A stretch of 64,000 nucleotides of DNA from Actinomycetota bacterium (GTDB taxonomy: Bacteria; Actinomycetota; Acidimicrobiia; Acidimicrobiales; Ilumatobacteraceae). The notes beneath the pieces are model-generated. The model was not told the DNA's origin. It worked only from the letters and a program-made list of their open reading frames with translations, and did not search any database. The translations under genes and the position numbers were made by a program. The stretch covers positions 3,760-67,759 of the forward strand of contig SXYT01000076.1 of NCBI GenBank assembly GCA_005788205.1, read 5' to 3'. Below, piece by piece: positions 35,914 through 43,891 of this stretch (the first letter of the stretch is position 1; the number at the start of each line of letters is the position of its first letter).

Positions 35914-36672
35914 GTGTTGGAGAACCCCGAGACACCGAACGCAGCGCAGGCAGGCAAGACGTACGCAGGCGCGGGTGTGGCCCAGCGGCGGTTGCGTCGC
36001 GTTCTCTCGCCCGTGTCCCGTCGGCTCTGGAACCTGACCATCGAGGGTATCGAGAATCTCCCCGCGGAGGGCCCGGCGATCATCTGCCCGAATCACATCA
36101 GTTTCTTCGACTCCGTCTTCGTGATGACGTTCGTCGGCCGCAACATCAGCTTTGTCGGCAAGGCCGAGTACATGGACTCGTGGAAGACGAAGCACCTGTT
36201 CCCCGCGCTCGGCATGATCCCGATCGACAGGGCAGGGGGCGGCAAGAGCGATGCTGCTCTCGATGCGGCCGAGCAGGTGCTGCGACGCGGTGAGTTGTTC
36301 GGGATCTATCCCGAGGGCACGCGAAGCAGGGACGGGATGCTGTACAAGGGCCACACAGGTGCAGCCCGTCTTGCCTTGAAGGTGGGCTGCCCGATCATCC
36401 CTGTCGGCATCATCGGAACGCGCGAGATCCAGCCCCCCGACACCTTCATGCCGAAAATCGGTCTCGAGTGCACGCTGCGGTTCGGTCGCCCAGTCACTGT
36501 CGACCGCTACGAGGACCGGGCGGATGACCACATGGTCTGGCGTGAGATCACCGACGAGGTGATGTTCGAGATCCGCGATCTCACGGGCCAGGAGTACCGC
36601 AACGTGTACGCATCGAAGCGCCCCGAGACGCTGAACGCAGGCACCGCCATGGTGTCGGGAAGCCCGAACTAG
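35914..36672 (+). CDS. 1-acyl-sn-glycerol-3-phosphate acyltransferase family protein (PlsC-like)
   Basis: 252 aa. The HX4D motif is PNHISFFDS, with FVGKAE and IYPEGTRSRDG motifs. Confidence 0.8.
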   Translation: MLENPETPNAAQAGKTYAGAGVAQRRLRRVLSPVSRRLWNLTIEGIENLPAEGPAIICPNHISFFDSVFVMTFVGRNISFVGKAEYMDSWKTKHLFPALGMIPIDRAGGGKSDAALDAAEQVLRRGELFGIYPEGTRSRDGMLYKGHTGAARLALKVGCPIIPVGIIGTREIQPPDTFMPKIGLECTLRFGRPVTVDRYEDRADDHMVWREITDEVMFEIRDLTGQEYRNVYASKRPETLNAGTAMVSGSPN

Positions 36673-36722
36673 CCCCTAATCAACAGGAGTTGCAGACCGC
36701 GCCTCCGTAGAATGAGCCTTCC

Positions 36723-38696
36723 ATGGCCGATATTGCTGTTCAACTGCCTGACGGTTCGCGTCGCGAGGTTCCCGCAGGATCCACTGTGCGCGACGTTGCT
36801 GCCGGCATCGGCTCGCGCCTCGTGAAGGCCGCCCTCGCGGGCGTGGTGAACGGCGCCGAGGTCGACCTCGGGGTCCACGTGGGTGACGGCGACTCGGTGG
36901 CGATCATCACCGCCGACTCCGAGGCCGGGCGTCATGTGCTGCGCCACTCGACTGCGCACGTCCTTGCCCAGGCTGTCGTGCAGTTGTTCCAGGGGGCCCA
37001 ATTCTCGATCGGTCCTGCCATCGAGGACGGCTTCTACTACGACTTCGAGCTTCCCGGCGGCCGGACGTTCTCGGAGGACGACCTCGCTGCCATCGAGACC
37101 CGCATGCGCGAGATCATGAAGGCCGACCAACCGTTCCTGCGTCTCGAGGTCCCGGCGGCCGAGGCCCTCGTTCTCTTCGCGGCACAGAAATACAAGTGCG
37201 AGATCATCGAACGGGTCACCAGCGGGTCTGCTGACGGTGACGACTCGGGCGAGGTGGGCGACGCGGGGATCATCAGCGTCTACCGCAACACCGACGAGTT
37301 CGTCGACCTGTGTCGCGGACCGCACGTGCCGTCCACCGGTCGCCTCGGCCACTTTGCGCTGCAGAAGGTGGCGGGGGCGTACTGGCGCGGCAACGAGAAG
37401 GGTCCGATGCTGCAGCGCATCTACGGGACCGCATGGGAGTCCGATGCCGCGCTGAAGGAGCACCTGCACCGCCTCGAGGAGGCGGCCAAGCGCGACCACC
37501 GCCGTCTTGCGAACGAGCTGGACCTCCTGTCGTTCCCTTCCGAGCTCGGCGGGGGTCTTGCTGTGTGGCACCCGAAGGGGGCCATCGCGCGCAAGCTGAT
37601 GGAGGACTACAGCCGCCAGCGCCACCAGGACGGCGGGTACCAGTTCGTGTACACGCCGCACCTCGCCAACGCGAACCTGTTCCACACCTCCGGCCACCTG
37701 GACTTCTACGCGGACGGCATGTACCCGCCGATGGAAATGGACAACGGCACGTACTACATGAAGCCGATGAACTGCCCGATGCACTGCCTCGTCTTCGACA
37801 GCCGCCAGCGCAGCTACCGCGAGCTTCCCCTGCGTCTGTTCGAACTGGGCAACGTGTACCGCTACGAGCGTGCCGGCACCCTGCACGGACTGATGCGCAT
37901 CCGCGGGTTCACCCAGGACGACAGCCACATCTTCTGCACGGAGGAGCAGCTCGCCGAGGAGATCGCCTCGCTGCTCGACTTCGTGATGAGCGTGCTGCGG
38001 CGGTTCGGCTTCACCGACTTCACTGCGAACCTCAGCACCAAGGACCCGTTGAAGTACGTCGGCACCGACGACATGTGGGAGAAGGCCACAGAGGCGCTCG
38101 CAGCAGCGCTCGGCCGTTTCGGCCTGGACTACGGCATCAAGGAGGGTGACGCCGCCTTCTACGGTCCGAAGATCGACATCGACGTGCGCGACGCGATCGG
38201 GCGCAAGTGGCAGCTGAGCACGATCCAGCTCGATTTCAACCAGCCGGAGAGGTTCAAGCTGGAGTACATCGCCCCGGATGGCTCCCGTAGGCGGCCCGTG
38301 ATGCTTCACCGCGCGCTGTTCGGCTCCGTTGAGCGTTTCTTCGGCGTGCTTCTCGAGCACTACGCAGGCGCGTTCCCCACGTGGATGGCGCCTGTGCAGG
38401 TGAAGGTGCTGCCGGTGGCGCAGGCCCATGCGGAGTATGCGGCGCAGGTGGCCGCGGAACTCCGGCGCTCCGGCTTCCGTGCCGAGACCATCGACTCCGA
38501 CGAGCAACTGGGCAAGCGCATCCGCAACGCCAAGCTCGACAAGGTGCCGTACGTGCTCGTCGTCGGTGACGATGACGTCGCGGGTGCGACGGTTGGCGTG
38601 AACCCGCGGGGCGGAGACGTGGAACGAGGGGTGCGCCTGGGTTCGTTCGTCGAGCGAATCACCGCTGACGTGTCCGCAGGGCTGACAGATGAGTGA
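36723..38696 (+). CDS. thrS: Threonine--tRNA ligase
   Basis: 657 aa. It has a TGS domain N-terminus and an editing-domain HSTAHVLAQAV. Class II motifs: FRNE-like YRYERAGTLHGLMRIRGFTQDD and the GSVERF motif 3. An anticodon-binding C-terminus is present. Confidence 0.97.
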   Translation: MADIAVQLPDGSRREVPAGSTVRDVAAGIGSRLVKAALAGVVNGAEVDLGVHVGDGDSVAIITADSEAGRHVLRHSTAHVLAQAVVQLFQGAQFSIGPAIEDGFYYDFELPGGRTFSEDDLAAIETRMREIMKADQPFLRLEVPAAEALVLFAAQKYKCEIIERVTSGSADGDDSGEVGDAGIISVYRNTDEFVDLCRGPHVPSTGRLGHFALQKVAGAYWRGNEKGPMLQRIYGTAWESDAALKEHLHRLEEAAKRDHRRLANELDLLSFPSELGGGLAVWHPKGAIARKLMEDYSRQRHQDGGYQFVYTPHLANANLFHTSGHLDFYADGMYPPMEMDNGTYYMKPMNCPMHCLVFDSRQRSYRELPLRLFELGNVYRYERAGTLHGLMRIRGFTQDDSHIFCTEEQLAEEIASLLDFVMSVLRRFGFTDFTANLSTKDPLKYVGTDDMWEKATEALAAALGRFGLDYGIKEGDAAFYGPKIDIDVRDAIGRKWQLSTIQLDFNQPERFKLEYIAPDGSRRRPVMLHRALFGSVERFFGVLLEHYAGAFPTWMAPVQVKVLPVAQAHAEYAAQVAAELRRSGFRAETIDSDEQLGKRIRNAKLDKVPYVLVVGDDDVAGATVGVNPRGGDVERGVRLGSFVERITADVSAGLTDE

Positions 38697-39219
38697 ACTG
38701 GGCCTCGACCGACTGTGGAACGGGTGGAGATCCTCCTATGTGCAGGGTTTCAATGACTCGTCCGGTGACGATGCCACATCCGTGTTCTCCCGGATTCTCG
38801 CGTCAGGGGCGAGCGACGAGGAGGCACACATCGTGCACCGCGGCCGCACGTGCTTCGTGATCCTCAACGCGTTCCCCTATTCCACCGGGCACATGCTCGT
38901 CCTGCCATTCCGCGAGTTCGCCGACCTCGAGGACGCGACAACGGAGGAGTCCGGTGAACTGTGGGCCACAGTCACCGCGGGTGTGCGCGCCGTGAAGAAG
39001 TCGCACAAGCCCCACGCGCTGAACGTGGGCATCAATCTCGGGGCACCGGCAGGCGGGAGCATCGCACAGCACCTGCATGTGCACATCGTGCCGCGGTGGG
39101 AGGGGGACGCGAACTTCATGACGTCCGTCGCGAACACGCGCACGCTGCCCGAACCGCTGGAGGAAACTGCTGCGCGGATCCGTGCGGCATGGGATTCGAC
39201 CAAGGAGGGCGCCCGATGA
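38689..39219 (+). CDS. HIT family protein (Ap4A phosphorylase-like, as found next to thrS/pgsA1 in mycobacteria)
   Basis: 176 aa. The histidine triad is HLHVHIVPRW, with CFVILNAFPYSTGHMLV. It overlaps the thrS stop. Confidence 0.85.
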   Translation: MSELGLDRLWNGWRSSYVQGFNDSSGDDATSVFSRILASGASDEEAHIVHRGRTCFVILNAFPYSTGHMLVLPFREFADLEDATTEESGELWATVTAGVRAVKKSHKPHALNVGINLGAPAGGSIAQHLHVHIVPRWEGDANFMTSVANTRTLPEPLEETAARIRAAWDSTKEGAR

Positions 39220-39719
39220 GCGACGAGATCCGCGACCAACTGCCGGAGGACCTGAACGCCGCCGATTTCGCCGGGGCGTACGAATTCCCCGACAACAGCA
39301 GGCGCCGCATCCCCGGTTACATCTACGCGGCGCTCGCGCTCGCGGCGGCTGCCGTGTGGGCGACGAAGGACAGGGACGCATCGGTCATCGTGAACGACGG
39401 TGCCCTCCTCGGCGCAGGAATCCTCGGGTTCGCGGCACTGATGAGTTTCGCGAGCGGTTGGCGGATGACCGTCGACGAGAAGGAGGCTCTCGTGAGGGCC
39501 ACCGCGAGCGTCGGCTTCGTGACGGGACACGCGTCCGCCCAGCAGGTGTGGCGCGGACTGCGGTCCAGGCCCACGTGGCGCATCTTCTGCTACAGCGCCG
39601 AGGAACCGCCGCTGCAGCGCGGCCTGGTGATGGTGGACGCTGTGGACGGCCGCGTCGTCGAGGTGCTCGTGGAGGCGAACCCCGATGCATCGCCCAACGG
39701 CGGAGCCACGGCGAAGTAG
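39216..39719 (+). CDS. Hypothetical membrane protein (two predicted TM helices)
   Basis: The ATG at 39216 is preceded by AAGGAGGG and overlaps the HIT stop. It has hydrophobic segments IYAALALAAAAVWA and ALLGAGILGFAALMSFA. I recognise no family. Confidence 0.6.
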   Translation: MSDEIRDQLPEDLNAADFAGAYEFPDNSRRRIPGYIYAALALAAAAVWATKDRDASVIVNDGALLGAGILGFAALMSFASGWRMTVDEKEALVRATASVGFVTGHASAQQVWRGLRSRPTWRIFCYSAEEPPLQRGLVMVDAVDGRVVEVLVEANPDASPNGGATAK

Positions 39720-39729
39720 CGTTCCGACG

Positions 39730-40434
39730 ATGTTCGACGGCAGGTTCAGGGCGCCCATCGAGCGTCTCGTGCGTCCTGTGGGCATGCTCCTGCGGCGGAC
39801 GGGGATGTCGCCGGACCACATGACGATCATCGGGGTGCTCGTCTCCGTCGGGGCGGCATTCGCAGTCGGTGCGGGGGCGCTGCGGGTGGGGCTGTTGCTC
39901 GTCATCCTCGCGGCGGTGCCCGACATGCTCGACGGAGCGCTCGCGAAGGCCCAGAACTCTGCCAGCCAGCGCGGCGCCTTCTTCGACTCGGTGATTGACC
40001 GCGTCACCGACTCGATCCTCCTCGGAGGAGTGGCCTGGTACTTCGCCTCGGAGAAGAGCGCGCACCTGTCGATACTCCCGATGGCCGTGATGGGGGTCTC
40101 ATCTCTCATCTCGTACGAGCGTGCGAAGGCGGAGTCCCTCGGTCTCGACGCCAAGGGCGGTCTCATGGAGCGCGCCGAGCGCATCATCGTGCTGTGCTTC
40201 GGTCTCCTGTTCGACAATCTCCTCGTCCCGGTCATGTGGGTGATGCTCGTGCTCACCACGGCAACCGCCGTGCAGCGTTTCGTGAAGGTGTGGCGGCAGG
40301 CGGAGGTCTCGGCAACCGTCCAGGCGCGCCGCGACCGGCGGCAGGTGCGCCGCGTGACTCGCCCGAGCCCGCGCGCCAACCGCCGGACGCTCTCCGTGTC
40401 CTCAAGGCAGCGGCGCCGCACCAGGCATGGCTGA
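39730..40434 (+). CDS. pgsA1: CDP-alcohol phosphatidyltransferase; phosphatidylinositol phosphate synthase PgsA1-like
   Basis: The ATG at 39730 gives a 234-aa product. The CDP-OH transferase motif is DMLDGALAK......GAFFDSVIDRVTD. It has multiple TM helices and sits between HIT and the PIM acyltransferase. Confidence 0.82.
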   Translation: MFDGRFRAPIERLVRPVGMLLRRTGMSPDHMTIIGVLVSVGAAFAVGAGALRVGLLLVILAAVPDMLDGALAKAQNSASQRGAFFDSVIDRVTDSILLGGVAWYFASEKSAHLSILPMAVMGVSSLISYERAKAESLGLDAKGGLMERAERIIVLCFGLLFDNLLVPVMWVMLVLTTATAVQRFVKVWRQAEVSATVQARRDRRQVRRVTRPSPRANRRTLSVSSRQRRRTRHG

Positions 40435-41359
40435 CCCCATCGGCGACCTCACCGGCGCGCTCACCGTGGGCGGCTACAAGGTGGGTTCTCTCGTCGCCCG
40501 CCTGACCCCGGGGTTCGTCGCCCAGGGCACCGTGTCGCTCCTTGCGCCCGGCATCGCCCTGTCGCTGCGGGAGAAGCGCGGGATGTTCGAGCGGCACCTG
40601 CGCAGGATCAACCCGACGATCTCGCGGTTCGCCCTCCGCCAGATGTCCCAGCAGGCGTTCGACAGTTACATGCGCTACTACGCCGAGAGCTTCCGGCTCC
40701 CGTCGCTCAGCAAGCGCCACGTCGACCGAATGTTCACGGTGGACGGGTTCCACCACATCGAAGAGGGTCTCGCCCGCGGCAAGGGGGTCATCCTGGCTCT
40801 GCCCCACCTCGGCGGGTGGGAGTGGGCCGGACGCTGGATGGCCGACAGGGGGCACCGGATGACAGTCATCGTGGAGCCCCTGCACCCGCCCGAGCTGTTC
40901 GAGTGGTTCGCCGACCTCAGGCGCAGTCTCGGGATGAACGTTGTTCCCCTCGGGCCGGACGCGGCACCGGCAGTCCTGTCTGCGCTGCGTGCCAACGAGA
41001 TCGTCTGCCTTCTCTGCGACCGCGACATCCAGGGTGGAGGGGTGGACGTGTCGTTCTTCGGGGAGCGCACCACCCTGCCGGCGGGGCCCGCGATGCTCGG
41101 GCTGCGCGGCGGCGCCACCGTGCTGCCGACCGCCGTCTACTTCACGTCCAAGGTGGACGGTCATCACGCAATCGTGCGCCCACCGCTGCCGATGGACCGC
41201 ACAGGTGGTCTCCGCGAGTCGGTTGCGTCGATCACACAGTTGCTCGCGGGCGAGCTCGAGTGGCTGATCCGGCGTGCCCCCGAGCAGTGGCACTTGTTCC
41301 AACCGAACTGGCCGAGCGACCCCGGCTACGGAGTCGACAGGGCAGCGGGCGGGGACTGA
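40427..41359 (+). CDS. Lipid A biosynthesis lauroyl/myristoyl acyltransferase family; phosphatidylinositol mannoside acyltransferase (PatA-like)
   Basis: 310 aa. GKGVILALPHLGGWEWAG and LCDRDI..GGV.V.FFGE.TTLPAGPA are typical of the LpxL/HtrB-like family. It overlaps the pgsA1 stop, as in the mycobacterial operon. Confidence 0.78.
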   Translation: MADPIGDLTGALTVGGYKVGSLVARLTPGFVAQGTVSLLAPGIALSLREKRGMFERHLRRINPTISRFALRQMSQQAFDSYMRYYAESFRLPSLSKRHVDRMFTVDGFHHIEEGLARGKGVILALPHLGGWEWAGRWMADRGHRMTVIVEPLHPPELFEWFADLRRSLGMNVVPLGPDAAPAVLSALRANEIVCLLCDRDIQGGGVDVSFFGERTTLPAGPAMLGLRGGATVLPTAVYFTSKVDGHHAIVRPPLPMDRTGGLRESVASITQLLAGELEWLIRRAPEQWHLFQPNWPSDPGYGVDRAAGGD

Positions 41360-41485
41360 CGGGTCGGCCGGGGCCGGCACCGCCACTGACAACGTCCCGT
41401 TCACCGCGGGTGTGCCCCACGTTCACCGGTGCTGGGTACAATCAGGTGCGCCTAAACGACGCACCAACCACTTACGGGAGAGCTC

Positions 41486-41938
41486 ATGTCGCGGATCCAA
41501 CTGGCACTGAACGTGGGGAACCTCGCCGAGGCAATCGAGCACTACACCAAGATGTTCGGTGTCGGCCCGGCCAAGGTCAGGGACGGTTATGCCAACTTCG
41601 CGGTGGCCGACCCTCCACTCAAGTTGGTCCTCATCGAGGGGCACGGCGAACCCGGGACCCTGAACCACCTGGGTGTCGAGCTCGGTTCCACGGATGAGGT
41701 GGCCGCCAAGATCGAGCAATCGCGCGACCTCGGGTTCGACATCACCGTGCAGGACGAGACCACCTGTTGTTTCTCGGTGCAGGACAAGGTCTGGATCAAC
41801 GACGGCGAGGTGCCGTGGGAGTGGTACGCGGTCCTCGAGGACGCCCCGCAGGACACCTCGCTCGTGCGCCTCGGCGCCAAGCCGCTCATCATTGTCGAGG
41901 GCAGTGGCAACGTGTGTGCCCCGGGCGGGTGCTGTTGA
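41486..41938 (+). CDS. ArsI/CadI family glyoxalase-fold metalloenzyme (heavy metal/organoarsenical resistance)
   Basis: 150 aa. MSRIQLALNV.NL..AI..Y...F...PAK...GYANFAVADPPLKLVLIE......TLNHLGVE ... TTCCFSVQDKVW closely parallels mycobacterial CadI, including the vicinal Cys pair. The C-terminus ends in CAPGGCC. Confidence 0.88.
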   Translation: MSRIQLALNVGNLAEAIEHYTKMFGVGPAKVRDGYANFAVADPPLKLVLIEGHGEPGTLNHLGVELGSTDEVAAKIEQSRDLGFDITVQDETTCCFSVQDKVWINDGEVPWEWYAVLEDAPQDTSLVRLGAKPLIIVEGSGNVCAPGGCC

Positions 41939-42582
41939 AACGTCAACTCGGCGAGTTCCTCGGCACGGGCCTCCTCGTGATGGCTGTTGTCGGGTCGGGA
42001 ATCATGGCCACCAACCTCACGGACGACGTGGGGCTCCAGTTGCTCGCCAACGCCGTGGCAACAGGAGGGGCACTCTTTGCGCTCATCACCGTGTTCGCCC
42101 CGGTGTCCGGTGCGTCATTCAATCCCGTGGTCTCGGTCATCAGCCATCTCCTCGACGGCCGGGGCAGTGTGAGGGTCCTCGTCGCTGATATCGCGGCACA
42201 GTTCGGCGGTGCAGTCGCGGGTTGCTGGGTTGCGAACGCCATGTTCTCCCGGCCGTGGCTCGAGACGTCCTCGAAAATCCGCGACGGTGGCCCGCAGTGG
42301 TTCGCCGAGGCTGTCGCTGTGGTCGGTCTGGTGCTCGTGATCAGGGGTGGCACCGCCGCGCGGGCGAACGTGGCGGCGATTGTTGCCGCCTGGATCACCG
42401 GTGCCTATTGGTTCACCTCCTCCACGAGCATCGCGAACCCTGCAGTGGCAGTCGGGAGGATGTTCTCTGATTCCTTCGCAGGCATCTCCCCGGGGTCAAC
42501 GCCGATGTTCGTGGTGATGCAGGTGGCGGGCGGGGCTGTGGCGCTCGGGCTGTCAGCCGTGCTCTTCGGCCGGGGCGCCTGA
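41929..42582 (+). CDS. MIP/aquaporin family channel (candidate arsenite/metalloid channel)
   Basis: The start is GTG 41929 or TTG 41935, overlapping the upstream stop. It has six TM segments with SFNPVVS and IANPAVA half-helix motifs (NPV/NPA). About 217 aa. Confidence 0.85.
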   Translation: MLLKRQLGEFLGTGLLVMAVVGSGIMATNLTDDVGLQLLANAVATGGALFALITVFAPVSGASFNPVVSVISHLLDGRGSVRVLVADIAAQFGGAVAGCWVANAMFSRPWLETSSKIRDGGPQWFAEAVAVVGLVLVIRGGTAARANVAAIVAAWITGAYWFTSSTSIANPAVAVGRMFSDSFAGISPGSTPMFVVMQVAGGAVALGLSAVLFGRGA

Positions 42583-42968
42583 TGCCGGGCATCCTGTTCC
42601 TGTGCGTGCACAACGCCGGGAGGTCCCAGATGGCAGCGGGCTTCGCGCGACATGCAGGGGCGGGCCGGGTCGAGGTGTTCTCGGGTGGCTCAGAGCCGGC
42701 TGACACCGTCAATCCGGCGGCTGTGGCCGTGATGGCAGAGGTCGGAGTCGACATCGCCGCCCACGTGCCGCAGAGGTTCACCGACGACCTCCTCTCGAGA
42801 GTCGACGTGGTCGTCACCATGGGATGCGGGGACACGTGCCCCTACGTCCCGGGGAAGCGCTACCTGGACTGGACGCTTGATGACCCGAAGGGCCGTCCGG
42901 TCGAAGAGGTCAGGCGGATCCGTGACGAGATCCGGTCGTTGGTCGATGACCTCGTCGCTCAGCTGTAG
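42582..42968 (+). CDS. arsC: Arsenate reductase, low-molecular-weight phosphatase type (ArsC)
   Basis: 128 aa. The P-loop is ILFLCVHNAGRSQMA (CX5R), followed by TMGCGDTCP. The ATG shares its A with the channel's TGA (TGATG). Confidence 0.88.
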   Translation: MPGILFLCVHNAGRSQMAAGFARHAGAGRVEVFSGGSEPADTVNPAAVAVMAEVGVDIAAHVPQRFTDDLLSRVDVVVTMGCGDTCPYVPGKRYLDWTLDDPKGRPVEEVRRIRDEIRSLVDDLVAQL

Positions 42969-43873
42969 GCGGCGAAGAGCTCGCCGATCGCCTTTGCCTG
43001 GCCGCCCGACGTCGATGACATGACGGCAATCGGGTGCACGCCGGTCGCGGCCCACTCTGCCAGCCTGTCGCGCACGCGCCCTGCGGGTCCGCTGATGGTG
43101 CAGTCGTCGAGCCACGCGTCCGTCATCAGCCCCGTGACCTTGTCCCTGTCTCCTGCGTCGAGCGCCGCCTCGATGGCGTCCATTTCCGCGGCGTACCCTG
43201 CGGCCCGCCAGTAGTTGCGGTAGTTGGGCAGGGACACGTAGCCGGTCAGCGTCTTGCGGTTGACAGCCCGCGCAGCCTCGATGTCGTCGTCGATGACGGT
43301 GGGGACCATGTTCGACATGAAGAACCCCTCCTTCGCGCGGGTGGCCGGGACCTGGGTCAGCTGGGCATCCACGTGGCTTAGCGACGCGTTGGCCCAGATG
43401 GCGCCCTCGGAGATCTCTGCCGCGAGCTCGAGCATCTTGTTTCGCAGCGTCGCCAGGAACACGGGCGGCAACTGACCGCCGAAGCGCTCGTTCGCGCGCA
43501 TCGCCTCGACGTAGTGACGGATGTCGGAGAGGGGCTTGCCGGTCTCGACCCCGAGCCGAGAGGTGACCGGGCCGTGGCTCACGCCGACACCGAACCTGAA
43601 GCGGCCGCCCGACATCTCGTGGATGTGGGCAGCAGTGTTCGCGGCCTCCACCGGGTGGCTGTAGTAGATCGGCTGGATGGAAGTCCAGTACGGGATCGTG
43701 CTGGTCTCGTGGGCGAGTGACACGCACAGTCCCATGGTGCCGCCCAGGCTCGGGCAGGCGATCCCCGAGAACCCCCGTGCCTCAGCCTCGCGTGCGATGT
43801 CGAGCATGGCGCGCCTCTTGCCGGCGGTGGCAACGATCGAGAGTGCAGGGCGGAAGGACGCTTCTTCGGGCAT
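42959..43873 (-). CDS. LLM-class (luciferase-like) flavin/F420-dependent oxidoreductase
   Basis: The internal ATG at 43873 gives 304 aa (MPEEASFRPALSIV...ARGFSGIACPS...RFRFGVGVSHGP...). This is a TIM-barrel LLM pattern. The upstream 420 codons of the 724-aa ORF are antisense to pimA and are rejected. Confidence 0.78.
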   Translation of the reverse strand: MPEEASFRPALSIVATAGKRRAMLDIAREAEARGFSGIACPSLGGTMGLCVSLAHETSTIPYWTSIQPIYYSHPVEAANTAAHIHEMSGGRFRFGVGVSHGPVTSRLGVETGKPLSDIRHYVEAMRANERFGGQLPPVFLATLRNKMLELAAEISEGAIWANASLSHVDAQLTQVPATRAKEGFFMSNMVPTVIDDDIEAARAVNRKTLTGYVSLPNYRNYWRAAGYAAEMDAIEAALDAGDRDKVTGLMTDAWLDDCTISGPAGRVRDRLAEWAATGVHPIAVMSSTSGGQAKAIGELFAAYS

Positions 43874-43891
43874 GCCAGTACCGTACTCCCC

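Noticed and set aside
42959-42968. 10-bp overlap of the convergent arsC and LLM stop regions around CAGCTG
   Set aside because: It is real in the sequence, but a short overlap of convergent genes is common in compact high-GC genomes. By itself it suggests no function beyond the lack of terminators.
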